From Candidatus Latescibacterota bacterium (lineage in GTDB: Bacteria; Latescibacterota; UBA2968; UBA8231): DNA of 64,000 nt. Shown in pieces: positions 21,297 to 30,959 of this stretch. The stretch lies in assembly GCA_965203175.1 (NCBI GenBank), contig OZ241867.1:1216001-1280000 (forward strand), written 5' to 3'. The notes beneath the pieces were generated by a model. It saw nothing but the letters and a program-made list of their open reading frames with translations, had not been told where the DNA came from and searched no databases. The translations under genes were made by a program, and so were the position numbers. The first letter of the stretch is position 1, and every line of letters starts with the position of its first letter.

Positions 21297-22691
21297 CTAG
21301 TGGTTTTGCCGGCGGATGGTATTGGACAAATCCTCGACTAGCCTGGCGAAGGTGGGATCGTTTTTGCACTTCTTCTCAACGGTGCTTACAGCGTGGATGA
21401 CCGTGCTGTGGTCGCGGTTGCCGAAGTGCAGGCCAATGGTAGTGAAGTGACTGCCGATGAGACTTCTGACTAAGAACATAGCAATGTGACGTGCCGTTAC
21501 CACTTCTTGCTTGCGTCCTTTTCCAGTAAGTAGCTCCTGAGCCAGATTAAAGTGGTCGGCGACCTGCTGTTGGATGGCCTCAATGCTCATTTCCGATGGG
21601 CTAGGGCCCAATTCATCTAGAATATGCTTGGCCGCCTCAATGTCGAGTTCCTTCTTGTGGATTGAGCAGTAGGCCATCAAGCTAATCAACGTACCTTCGA
21701 GTTCGCGGACATTCGATCGGATGTGGTTACCTAACAAAGCGGCCACATCATCGGGAATCCGTATGCCGTTGCGCTCGGCCTTCTTGTGGAGGATGGCAAT
21801 CCGGGTCTCGAGCTCCGGTGGATTTATTGCGGTGGCCAAACCCCATATGAAGCGGGATTTCAATCGTTCTTCTAACCCATCAAGATGACCGGGAGGACTG
21901 TCACAGGTCATGACAATCTGCTTCTCAGACTGGTGCAGGGCATTAAAGGTGTGAAAAAATTCGTTTTGGGTCCGTTCGCCGTGGAGCAGAAACTGGATAT
22001 CGTCGACAAGGAGGATATCCGCGCTGCGGTAGAAATTCTTAAACTCACTCGTCTTATCGCGGTCTCGGAGCGATTGGACGAAATCGCCCATAAATTTTTC
22101 CGAGGTTACGTAAACGACCTTCTCCGCGAGGTTGAGGCTATGAGCGTGATGCCCAATCGCTTGGAGCAGATGCGTTTTACCTAGCCCAGCGCCGCCATAA
22201 ATCACGAGAGGATTAAATTCCGTCTTACCTGGGGCATTGGCTACGGCTAAGGCCGTTGCAAGGGCAATTTGATTGCTATCGCCAATGATAAATTCTTCAA
22301 AGGTATAGCGCTGGTTGAGCGATATTTGATCGGGCCCGGCTTCTGTTTCTACCTCTTCTTCTCGTTCATCTTCTGTGGATTCTTCTTCGCGAGTGGGGAG
22401 AGGGAGTACTGGGTCGAGAGCGGGCTGGGGTGCTTGGGCAACGGCAAAGGAGATTCTTGGGGCCAGCGTCGTCTCTTCCATTACTACTGCTTGAATCATC
22501 TGCAAGTAGTGTTCCTCTACCCAAGCGGCAGAAAATGCACTGGGAACTTGGATGACCAACAAGTCTTCGTCGAATTGGCTTACGGAAGTCTGTTTAAACC
22601 AATTACTAAAACTCTGGGGACGAACCTGACGCTCTATGTTGAGCAGACATTGGGCCCAAAGTTCTTGGGGATCTTGTATTTCCAGTGCCAT
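21297..22691 (-). CDS. dnaA: Chromosomal replication initiator DnaA
   Basis: YTFEEF, NPLVIYGGAGLGKTHL, LLVDDIQF, NVRELEG, RDHSTVIHA. Confidence 0.98.
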   Translation of the reverse strand: MALEIQDPQELWAQCLLNIERQVRPQSFSNWFKQTSVSQFDEDLLVIQVPSAFSAAWVEEHYLQMIQAVVMEETTLAPRISFAVAQAPQPALDPVLPLPTREEESTEDEREEEVETEAGPDQISLNQRYTFEEFIIGDSNQIALATALAVANAPGKTEFNPLVIYGGAGLGKTHLLQAIGHHAHSLNLAEKVVYVTSEKFMGDFVQSLRDRDKTSEFKNFYRSADILLVDDIQFLLHGERTQNEFFHTFNALHQSEKQIVMTCDSPPGHLDGLEERLKSRFIWGLATAINPPELETRIAILHKKAERNGIRIPDDVAALLGNHIRSNVRELEGTLISLMAYCSIHKKELDIEAAKHILDELGPSPSEMSIEAIQQQVADHFNLAQELLTGKGRKQEVVTARHIAMFLVRSLIGSHFTTIGLHFGNRDHSTVIHAVSTVEKKCKNDPTFARLVEDLSNTIRRQNH

Positions 22692-22812
22692 TTATTGAGC
22701 GAGTGTCGCAATTTTTAAGGGGGGTTTTCAACCTATGAAGAAGGCATATGCCAGTCAAGAGTTTCCACCGAATTTGTTGTTAAAATTTACTAGCGTCCGA
22801 AGAGCTAAAGTA

Positions 22813-22841
22813 TTGACACTAATTGGAATAGCCACTAAATT
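22813..22841 (+). promoter_or_regulatory. Sigma70-type promoter for the rpmH operon
   Basis: TTGACA-N17-TAAATT. Confidence 0.65.
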
Positions 22842-22889
22842 GAACCGTTTATATGTATGCTGTGCAGAACTAACATGAGGTGAGATTTT

Positions 22890-23024
22890 TTGAAACGCAC
22901 ATTTCAACCCAGCAACAGGCGCCGCCGCAACAAGCATGGCTTTCGCAAGCGCATGAGCACACCGGCCGGTCGCAATATCATCAATCGTCGTCGTCGGAAG
23001 GGCCGCAAGCAGCTAGCAGTCTAG
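22890..23024 (+). CDS. rpmH: 50S ribosomal protein L34
   Basis: Manual translation from TTG: [44 protein letters not shown]. Confidence 0.97.
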   Translation: MKRTFQPSNRRRRNKHGFRKRMSTPAGRNIINRRRRKGRKQLAV

Positions 23025-23027
23025 CGT

Positions 23028-23288
23028 TTGATGGCTTGGATTAGGGGCCGCTGCTTTTGGATCCGTTGCGATCGGGAAGATCGCGGTCAAATCTTCGTCG
23101 TCCGACGCAAACTGGGCAATGCTGTAAAGCGCAATCGGCTCAAACGGCGCCTGCGTAGCATTTGCCGAAGCCGCCCGTACTTTCCTCGCAATCTAGTCGT
23201 TTTTTGCCAACCGTCAGCCGTCGAAGCTCCCTTTATTGACTTGGAAAGGGAACTGGATTTCTTGGTACCAAATCTTGTCCCACGATGA
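23028..23288 (+). CDS. rnpA: RNase P protein component (unusually short)
   Basis: RNR motif [16 protein letters not shown]; located between rpmH and yidD. Confidence 0.85.
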   Translation: MMAWIRGRCFWIRCDREDRGQIFVVRRKLGNAVKRNRLKRRLRSICRSRPYFPRNLVVFCQPSAVEAPFIDLERELDFLVPNLVPR

Positions 23289-23494
23289 AGCAAATCGTCA
23301 TTTTCCTCGTCCGCGCCTATCGTCTTCTCCTGTCTCCATATTTCCCCCCATCCTGTCGTTATCAACCTACTTGTTCCCAATATGCCGAAGAAGCACTAGA
23401 TAAGTACGGGGCACTCAAGGGCGGGATGATTGCGTTAAAGCGGATTAGTCGATGCCATCCTTGGGGAGGGAGCGGATACGATCCTCTACGATAG
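23285..23494 (+). CDS. yidD: Membrane protein insertion efficiency factor YidD
   Basis: [26 protein letters not shown]. Confidence 0.95.
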   Translation: MKQIVIFLVRAYRLLLSPYFPPSCRYQPTCSQYAEEALDKYGALKGGMIALKRISRCHPWGGSGYDPLR

Positions 23495-23533
23495 TTTAAT
23501 AACATGTTGTTTATAAAAGGGTAAGTAAAACTT

Positions 23534-25288
23534 ATGGAAGATAAGCGGACTCTGTTGGCCTTTCTTTTCATAGGCCTGATTTTCCTCTTGCTTCCCTTCT
23601 ATAATGAATGGATGGGGCTAAATCCTAAGCCTCAGTCTCCGTCGCAGGAATCGGTGGAACAAAAGCCGGTACCTGAAACAGAACCTGTTGCTGAAGAGCA
23701 ATATGAGGCCGAGAGCATACGAGATCCCGAGTCTGCGAAACAGCTCCTTTCGGAAGGGGAAGGACCAGCACCCGTTGAGTCTCAGGCCATTGAAAGGGTC
23801 GAATCGGCCTTTACCTCAGAAGATAGAGCGGACACAATTGTAGTACAAACACCGCTTCAGAGATTTGAAGTCTCTACAAAGGGCGGTACCATTATATCAT
23901 GTAAACTATTAAAATACAAATACCTATCGAAGGAAAATTCCATTCGGAGGGGCCAGCATCCGGATGGAAGTATTATCGAACTGCTACCTCCAACCGGCAG
24001 CGGCTTGGGCATTCATCTACAGAGAGCAAACTACAGGGAGGATATCTCCTCGGCGGAGTTTGTTGCCAATCAGTCGAGTTTGCAGATAGGACCCGGGGAA
24101 GAGCGCTCCCTAACTATGGTTGCCGAACTCGGGGGAGGCAGGAGACTGGAAAAAGTCTTGACCTTTAATGGGGACCGCTATGGATTCGATCTCCAGGTGC
24201 GCTACGAAGGGTTTGACGACGATACAGAAGCCATACTCACTTGGAAAAACGGCATAGCGTTTACCGAGCGCGAGCCGGAGATTGACCTACCTGAAATGCG
24301 GGCTTTTGCCTATATCAACGAAGAACGGGTTGAACTCAAGGTGGATGATGGGGAATCGGACGAATTGGAGGACAAAGGATTACTGAAATGGGCGGGTATT
24401 CGCAACAAGTACTTCTTGATTTCCTACATCCCCGTCGATAGAGAGCAGCGTTCTCGCGTCGTCCTGCAGGGCGATCACCAAGAGTCGCAATTGTGGCCCG
24501 AGTATTCTTTTCAGCTAGGTCGGCGGCTCGAACGGTCTGGTTCTTGGCACAATACCATTTATCTCGGCCCACTCAATTACGACGAACTCGTCGGCTATGA
24601 GGCTGAATTAGAGCAGGCCATTGATTTCGGTTGGCCGATCGTAAGTCAAATAAGCCGCTTTCTACTTATTCTATTCATAGCGACCCATCAATATGTCCCC
24701 AACTATGGTTGGATCATCGTCCTGTTTGCCGTTGTCATCAAAATTCTCGTCTATCCGCTTACGCACAAAACGTATGAGTCTGCGGCGAAAATGCAGGAAC
24801 TTCAGCCGAAAATTACGGCGCTACGCGAGAAGTACAAAAACGACAATCAACGCCTGAGCCGAGAGACCATGAAGCTCTATAAGGAAGAAGGCGTCAATCC
24901 TCTTAGTGGGTGTCTGCCTCTCTTGTTGCAGATGCCCATTTTCATTGCGCTGTACAATCTTTTTGGCAAAACAATCGAGTTGCGCCAGGCCTCCTTTATT
25001 CTCTGGATACAAGATCTTTCCCTTCCTGACGAGTTGCTTATCGGCGGTTTCGGTCTTCATGTTCTGCCCTTGTTAATGGCGGTCTCCATGTTCATCCAAC
25101 AGAAGATGACGATGAAGGATCCCAAGCAGGCCGTTCTGGTTTACATGATGCCCGTACTGATGATCTTCATCTTTTGGAACATGTCGTCGGGATTAGTGCT
25201 TTACTGGACTATCTTCAATGTTTTGACCATTGGCCAGCAGCTATTGGTCAATCATTTTAAGAAAGAAGCCGCTCCTTCCAGCACTTGA
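23534..25288 (+). CDS. yidC: Membrane protein insertase YidC
   Basis: NYGWII, KMQELQPK, GVNPLSGCLPLLLQMPIF, GLVLYW. Confidence 0.96.
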   Translation: MEDKRTLLAFLFIGLIFLLLPFYNEWMGLNPKPQSPSQESVEQKPVPETEPVAEEQYEAESIRDPESAKQLLSEGEGPAPVESQAIERVESAFTSEDRADTIVVQTPLQRFEVSTKGGTIISCKLLKYKYLSKENSIRRGQHPDGSIIELLPPTGSGLGIHLQRANYREDISSAEFVANQSSLQIGPGEERSLTMVAELGGGRRLEKVLTFNGDRYGFDLQVRYEGFDDDTEAILTWKNGIAFTEREPEIDLPEMRAFAYINEERVELKVDDGESDELEDKGLLKWAGIRNKYFLISYIPVDREQRSRVVLQGDHQESQLWPEYSFQLGRRLERSGSWHNTIYLGPLNYDELVGYEAELEQAIDFGWPIVSQISRFLLILFIATHQYVPNYGWIIVLFAVVIKILVYPLTHKTYESAAKMQELQPKITALREKYKNDNQRLSRETMKLYKEEGVNPLSGCLPLLLQMPIFIALYNLFGKTIELRQASFILWIQDLSLPDELLIGGFGLHVLPLLMAVSMFIQQKMTMKDPKQAVLVYMMPVLMIFIFWNMSSGLVLYWTIFNVLTIGQQLLVNHFKKEAAPSST

Positions 25289-26673
25289 AATTTCAGCCGG
25301 ACCGCGAATCCTTGATACAGCCGGATACTGTTGTCGCTATCTCTACGCCACGGGGGGAGGGGGGGATCGGGATCGTGCGTTTGAGTGGACCTGCCGCTCT
25401 ATCTATTAGCCAGCAGATTTTTCGCTCCCATCCACCGCTCGGCAAGCGAGTCCGATACGTCGAATACGGGCGTATATGGGCTGGTGGTCGAGCAATCGAC
25501 ACGGGCGTCGCTTGGGTCTTTGCTGCGCCGCACTCTTATACCTGTGAAGATACCGTCGAGATTAGTTGCCACGGCAGCATGGTCGTATTAGAGTCCGTCG
25601 TCGAGGAAGCGCTTCGCTTAGGGGCCGTCGCCGCCGCTCCAGGAGAGTTTACTCGTCGAGCGTTTCTCAATGGCCGATTGGACTTATTAGAAGCTGAGGC
25701 TGTAATTGACCTCATCCAGGCTAGCTCTAAAGCGCATCTCGATAGTGCCTATGGTTTGGCCAGTGGCCGTCTATCTAAGATGGTAAAAGAGCTTAAGAGT
25801 CAGTTGGTTAAGATGCTATCATTGCTTGAGATAGGGCTCGATTTTTCCGACGAAGACGTCGATAGTATCGGGCGTCAAGAAATACAGACCGCGCTGCGCA
25901 AGGTGGTTGAGTCCTCTTTGCGGCTTGCCGAAACGTTCGAGGGAACAAGGCGTCGTCAAGAGGGATATTTAGTCGTGCTCATCGGGCGTCCCAACGTAGG
26001 TAAGTCCACGTTGCTCAACGTGTTGCTCGGTGAAGATCGGGCGATAGTTACTCCCGTGCCAGGAACGACGCGAGACTTAGTAGAAGGTCGGACTACATGG
26101 GCAGGAGAGACGATTCGGCTAGTCGATACGGCTGGGATTAGGCAAAGCCATAACCTGATCGAAAAAGAGGGAATTGAACGAGCGTCTCAGGCGGTCGGGG
26201 AAGCCGATGTGGTTTTAGCGGTATTCGACAGTTCGACCGAGTCGTGTGATGACGATATAGCTGTGTTAGACCTACTCCCGTCTGACAAGAAGTCAATTGC
26301 TGTCTTCAACAAGATTGATTTGCCGGGTACTAGTACTCGATCTAAGATAGAATCACGGACCTCGGTAACCGTTGAAATATCAGCACTTAGGGAGTTCGGT
26401 ATTGAAAAATTAAAGAGGGAAGTGGCTGCCGAATTGCCCCATAGGGCGGAAATAGACGGAATCGGGATCACCCGTCAACGCCATCAAGATTGCCTCTTGC
26501 GGGTAGCTAAATCCAGTGCTGTAGCAGAGGAGCTAATGAGATCCAGCCAGCTCGATGAGTGCGTCGTGGCCGAGCTTCAAGACGCCTTGAATGCCCTAGG
26601 TGAGATGTTGGGAGAGACGGTAGAAGAGGAAGTGCTTGATTCCATCTTCTCCCAATTTTGTATCGGCAAGTAA
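25285..26673 (+). CDS. mnmE: tRNA modification GTPase MnmE
   Basis: GIGIVRLSG, GEFTRRAFLNGR, GRPNVGKST, GTTRD, DTAG, C-terminal FCIGK. Confidence 0.97.
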   Translation: MKFQPDRESLIQPDTVVAISTPRGEGGIGIVRLSGPAALSISQQIFRSHPPLGKRVRYVEYGRIWAGGRAIDTGVAWVFAAPHSYTCEDTVEISCHGSMVVLESVVEEALRLGAVAAAPGEFTRRAFLNGRLDLLEAEAVIDLIQASSKAHLDSAYGLASGRLSKMVKELKSQLVKMLSLLEIGLDFSDEDVDSIGRQEIQTALRKVVESSLRLAETFEGTRRRQEGYLVVLIGRPNVGKSTLLNVLLGEDRAIVTPVPGTTRDLVEGRTTWAGETIRLVDTAGIRQSHNLIEKEGIERASQAVGEADVVLAVFDSSTESCDDDIAVLDLLPSDKKSIAVFNKIDLPGTSTRSKIESRTSVTVEISALREFGIEKLKREVAAELPHRAEIDGIGITRQRHQDCLLRVAKSSAVAEELMRSSQLDECVVAELQDALNALGEMLGETVEEEVLDSIFSQFCIGK

Positions 26674-26689
26674 TGTTCCACGTGGAACA
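26674..26689. promoter_or_regulatory. parS site 1 (TGTTCCACGTGGAACA)
   Basis: Perfect 16-bp palindrome matching the parS consensus; origin-proximal. Confidence 0.9.
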
Positions 26690-26745
26690 CTTGAGTCGGC
26701 TCGATGCAACTCGGAAAGTTTCGTGGAGCATGTTGATAAGTTCAA

Positions 26746-26761
26746 TGTTCCACGTGGAACA
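26746..26761. promoter_or_regulatory. parS site 2 (TGTTCCACGTGGAACA)
   Basis: Identical palindrome starting 72 bp after site 1. Confidence 0.9.
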
Positions 26762-26770
26762 TATTTTGAT

Positions 26771-27376
26771 ATGGTAATTAAACTGCCATCTGATATTCGT
26801 GAAGACTTTGAGCGATTAAAGAGAAAAAGAATGCAATCTCGTTCTTTTGAGGATGTCTGGCCTAAGCTGGAAATATATCTATACCTCTTGAGTCGGTGGT
26901 CGAGAAGAGTCAACCTTGTCTCTCGGCGAGATTTGTCCGTCGTAGCAACTAAGCACTTGAGACAGGCATTGACTATGGTCCCAATTGTAATAAGTATCCC
27001 TCGTCGGCTGGTTATGGATATAGGATCAGGAGCTGGATTTCCAGCCATTCCATTGAAGATCGCTCTTCCCGACTCATACTTTATTCTCGTTGAAGGCAGG
27101 AGGAAGCGGGCGCACTTCCTCAAGGAGGTTGTGCGATCTGTGGGGCTTGATCGCATAGAGGTTGTAAACGACCGGATAGAAAATCTGAGTCCCGTGGGAG
27201 CGGATTTGGTCACTGCGAGGGCGGTGGCGTCTCCAGATAAACTGCTTGATTTAGCACAAAGACATTTATCACCGCATGGTTGGATTCTTTCAACACTGGG
27301 AAAAGATGCTGCCCATTCGGAGTTGTTGGCATGGAAGACAGATCGAGTGGGGAGCACATCAGGGCTATTGCACTAA
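26771..27376 (+). CDS. rsmG: 16S rRNA m7G527 methyltransferase RsmG
   Basis: W..RVNLVS, DIGSGAGFPAIPL, KRAHFL, VTARAVA. Start placed after the parS sites. Confidence 0.9.
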   Translation: MVIKLPSDIREDFERLKRKRMQSRSFEDVWPKLEIYLYLLSRWSRRVNLVSRRDLSVVATKHLRQALTMVPIVISIPRRLVMDIGSGAGFPAIPLKIALPDSYFILVEGRRKRAHFLKEVVRSVGLDRIEVVNDRIENLSPVGADLVTARAVASPDKLLDLAQRHLSPHGWILSTLGKDAAHSELLAWKTDRVGSTSGLLH

Positions 27377-27439
27377 TTGCTAGCGTTGATAGGCCAGCAG
27401 GACCTTATAAGCCCAAATAATCGGGCGTTCCGCGTGTAG

Positions 27440-27610
27440 TTTTACCCATACTTATCCACACTCAAAAGCAAAAGAACTATGGAGTTTAGGCACTTTGGAG
27501 GACTTCTATGTCTAATTTTATCCAATAGATAGGCTGTGATTTAGCGAAGTGTTGAGTAGAGCCGATGAGGTATAGTGTGGAAAACTTGTTCTTAAGAAAG
27601 TGGAAAACTC
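27440..27610. promoter_or_regulatory. Second DnaA-box cluster
   Basis: TTATCCACA at 27452-27460, TTATCCAAT at 27518, TGTGGAAAA at 27576, AGTGGAAAA at 27599, in an AT-rich intergenic region. Confidence 0.55.
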
Positions 27611-27719
27611 TACGGTAAATCCTTTGGAAGAAAGGAAAAAAACAAGTATATTTTTAACTTAGTTTCCGAGGACACGGGGTCCCAATGGCCGCCTAAGCGC
27701 CGGCAAAATAGGTTGTTTT

Positions 27720-28337
27720 TTGCTAGATAAATATCTGAAAAAGTGGTGTCTGGTCATTCTTAGACCGTTGGCACATTTGTTTATTCGTTTGGGCTTCAGG
27801 CCCGATTGGCTAACGCTGATGGGACTAGTTTTGAACGTGGGGGCAACCGCGGCTTTTGCCAAGGGTTATTTACAATGGGGAGCTCTCATTATGATGGTTG
27901 CGGGTCTCTGCGACATCCTAGATGGACAAGTTGCAAGAGAAGGCCACAAGGAAACCAAATTTGGAGCCCTATTGGATTCGACTACAGATAGGTACTCTGA
28001 GATATTTATTTATTTTGGAATCGGTGCGTATTTGATTGGCCGCGATGAGTGGATTCCCTCGGGGATTCTCTTTTTTGCAATTACTGGTTCGCTGATGGTT
28101 AGTTATGTAAGGGCTCGTGCAGAGGGGCTGGGCGAGGATTGCAAAGTGGGCTTCATGCAGCGTCCTGAACGTCTAACTGCCTTGGCTGTGGGGTGTCTGA
28201 TAGGCCATCAAGGTTTGGTTTTTGTGCTGGTTTTATTGGCCGTTACGACCAACTATACAGTTGTTGAGCGCCTCGCTCATATCCGCAACAGGCTGAAATC
28301 TGGTCCCAATTCACCCGCCTCAGTCCAGCAGTCCTGA
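27720..28337 (+). CDS. CDP-alcohol phosphatidyltransferase
   Basis: DILDGQVAR...FGALLDSTTDR, VSYVRARAE, GFMQRPER. Confidence 0.9.
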   Translation: MLDKYLKKWCLVILRPLAHLFIRLGFRPDWLTLMGLVLNVGATAAFAKGYLQWGALIMMVAGLCDILDGQVAREGHKETKFGALLDSTTDRYSEIFIYFGIGAYLIGRDEWIPSGILFFAITGSLMVSYVRARAEGLGEDCKVGFMQRPERLTALAVGCLIGHQGLVFVLVLLAVTTNYTVVERLAHIRNRLKSGPNSPASVQQS

Positions 28338-28377
28338 TAAGGGGCTAATCGGACTTTCTTGCGCTTTTTCTGCCATC

Positions 28378-29019
28378 GTGTCCCGGGGTCATTTCATCGT
28401 TTTTGAAGGAGTCGATGGCAGCGGGACTACAACCCAATCCCGCCTGCTGGCGTCGCATTTAAGGGAAGCAGGCCTTCCGGTCACACTGACCAGAGAACCA
28501 GGCGGAACGCCGATCGCCGAGAAGATTCGCCAGCTCGTCCTCGACCCAAGCATAGAGGGAGTATCCCCAATGTCGGAGCTCTTCCTCTACGCAGCCAGTC
28601 GTTCACAGCACGTAGAAGAGGTGATCGCACCGTCGCTTGATCGGGGAGATGTGGTTATTTGCGATCGCTATATTGCATCGTCGCTGGCGTATCAGGGGTA
28701 TGGGCGTGGTTTAAACTTGGAAGAGATCGAACAAATCAATCGGCTGGCCGTGGGGGAGTGTTTGCCGGACGCGACAATATACTTGATCTTGCCCGTAGAA
28801 GTGGCTTGGCAACGCCTAGGGCGGCGAGACACCGCGGATCGGTTAGAGCAGACGGGAGTGGGATTGCAAGAGAAGGTCTCCCGAGGCTACCAAGAAATCG
28901 CCAAAAGGGATCCAGCAGGCTTGGTTTTTGACGCGCAACTTGAGATAAACCAGCTAGCTGAAAGAATTCGGGACGCGCTACGCCGGCAGTGGTCGTGGTT
29001 TCCCGAGGAGAAAAAGTAA
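28378..29019 (+). CDS. tmk: Thymidylate kinase
   Basis: FIVFEGVDGSG, TREPGGT, CDRY..SSLAYQG. Confidence 0.93.
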   Translation: MSRGHFIVFEGVDGSGTTTQSRLLASHLREAGLPVTLTREPGGTPIAEKIRQLVLDPSIEGVSPMSELFLYAASRSQHVEEVIAPSLDRGDVVICDRYIASSLAYQGYGRGLNLEEIEQINRLAVGECLPDATIYLILPVEVAWQRLGRRDTADRLEQTGVGLQEKVSRGYQEIAKRDPAGLVFDAQLEINQLAERIRDALRRQWSWFPEEKK

Positions 29020-29021
29020 TC

Positions 29022-30890
29022 ATGCGACACGTCTTAATGGGATTGATTGGTTTGTTTGCCTGCGCGGGCGCAATCTGCGCAGCCACTACAGAGGATCCAT
29101 ATGCTGAGGTAAATGCCAGTTGGGAGCGTTTCGGGGCCGTGTATTCGCGCATTCTGGAAAATTACTACTCCAGTCTGGACCAAGGGGAAATCATGAGCGC
29201 GGCCATCGAGGGCATGCTCGGCCAACTGGATCCATATAGCGAGTACTACGACGAGGAAGGTTTGCGCCAGTTGCGCCAGGACACGACTGGCAAGTTCACG
29301 GGATTGGGAATTACGGTTGCCATAAAAGATCGTTTTCCCGTGGTAATTTCCCCCATTGAGGATACCCCTGCCTTTCGGGCGGGGCTGAGACCGGGGGATT
29401 TGATTGTCGCCATCGAGGGCAAAAGTACCTTGGATATGCAGCTTGAGTCTGTGGTCAATGAGCTGCGCGGGGCCCCTGGCACCAAGGTCACAATCTCGGT
29501 CGCCACCCACTTGGGAGCAACGCCGCGCGAAGTTGAAATTCAACGGGAAGATATCAGGATCAAGAGTGTTGTGCTGGCAGAGGAGCTCGAAGACAAAATC
29601 GGTTATATAAGCATGCGTCGGACCCGTTTTTCCGAGCATACCTCCAGTGAAGTGGAGGAGGCAATAAAGAGCCTCCCTCAGGTCGAGGGGCTAATTCTAG
29701 ATCTGCGCGGAAATCCAGGTGGCTTGTTTAGTCAAGCTACCCAAGTTGCGGATTTGTTTTTACCTCAAGGGGTGCCGATCGTTTCGATCAAGGAACGCGA
29801 AGGGCGGAGAGAAGAAGTCAAGTATGCCCACCGTCACTCTATTGCGCGCGAGATACCCTTGGTTGTTATGATTGACGAAGGGAGTGCCAGTGCGTCCGAA
29901 ATCGTTGCTGGTGCCATCCAAGACAACGACCGAGGCGTGATTGTCGGAGCGGCATCCTTTGGCAAAGGTTCGGTACAGACCATATTTGACCTACAGACCG
30001 CATTCGATTTGCGCGACGCGACGTCTAGTGCTTTGAAGCTGACGACGGCACTATACTACGCGCCAAGTGGGCGTAGCATCCATCGCGAACAGGAGATAGC
30101 CAAGCCAGTGCATCGCGTCCTGTTCGGCGACAGGGAACTGCCGCATCAGCTGGTGATGGACCTTATTTTGCGTTCAGAGAGTAGGGCTAAGGCCCTTTCT
30201 GCGCTCCAGTCCCATTTTGATATGAATTCTGAGGCCGCAGAGAGCATTCTCTTGATCCGTTTGGGCGATTTGGCGGGTAAATCCAAGATGGGAGTGGCTG
30301 GGTTGCCGGATAGTATTTCAAACCGAACGTATTATACCCAGCGCGGTCGCAAGGTCTTCGGCGGCGGTGGTATTAGGCCAGACATTAGTGTTAAGTCGGA
30401 ACCGTTTCCTCCCTATATACAAGAATTAGAGCGGCGTCGGCTCTTTTTCGACTTTGTCATAGATTATGTATCGGCCGATTCGTCTTGGGCCGAGGAACAT
30501 CCAGACCTGACTGTCAGCGATGAGATGGTCGAGGGCTTTATGGAGTTCGTCCGCACTAAAGACAGAAGTCTGCATCAAGGCCAAGAAGGGTTGAGTCAAA
30601 TAGCAGAACTTGAGGATTTGGCGAAGGAAATGGATTGGGGTGAGACGGCACAGGAGTCGATCCACCAGCTACGAGCAGCGGTAACGCGGGAGTGGGAGCG
30701 GCGGTATAGCAGCAAGTTAGAGCCTTATATAAAGAGTGCCTTACGTCGAGAACTGATCTTGCGCTTCTGGGGGAGGAAGGCCCAACTGCTCGCAGAATTG
30801 CAACGGGATGTACAGCTGGCGAAGGCTATAGAGATCCTCGCGGACCAAGACCAGTATTTGGGGGTGTTGGCTGTGGAGGAAGCTAAGTGA
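29022..30890 (+). CDS. S41 C-terminal processing protease with PDZ domain
   Basis: LDPYS, LDLRGNPGG, SASASEIVAG, FGKGSVQ; signal peptide. Confidence 0.92.
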   Translation: MRHVLMGLIGLFACAGAICAATTEDPYAEVNASWERFGAVYSRILENYYSSLDQGEIMSAAIEGMLGQLDPYSEYYDEEGLRQLRQDTTGKFTGLGITVAIKDRFPVVISPIEDTPAFRAGLRPGDLIVAIEGKSTLDMQLESVVNELRGAPGTKVTISVATHLGATPREVEIQREDIRIKSVVLAEELEDKIGYISMRRTRFSEHTSSEVEEAIKSLPQVEGLILDLRGNPGGLFSQATQVADLFLPQGVPIVSIKEREGRREEVKYAHRHSIAREIPLVVMIDEGSASASEIVAGAIQDNDRGVIVGAASFGKGSVQTIFDLQTAFDLRDATSSALKLTTALYYAPSGRSIHREQEIAKPVHRVLFGDRELPHQLVMDLILRSESRAKALSALQSHFDMNSEAAESILLIRLGDLAGKSKMGVAGLPDSISNRTYYTQRGRKVFGGGGIRPDISVKSEPFPPYIQELERRRLFFDFVIDYVSADSSWAEEHPDLTVSDEMVEGFMEFVRTKDRSLHQGQEGLSQIAELEDLAKEMDWGETAQESIHQLRAAVTREWERRYSSKLEPYIKSALRRELILRFWGRKAQLLAELQRDVQLAKAIEILADQDQYLGVLAVEEAK

Positions 30891-30959
30891 ACGCGGCTAA
30901 ACAAGGCGTTCAAATCGTTTATACTTTAATATTACGACTACCAAATGTGAGGACAGATC

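Noticed and set aside
26674-26761. Possible mini-CRISPR (two identical repeats with a spacer)
   Set aside because: Only two 16-18 bp units, they match parS, and no cas genes are present.
26636-26770. Repeated peptide NVPRGT at the start of the 246-aa ORF
   Set aside because: This is the translation of the two parS palindromes; rsmG likely starts at 26771.
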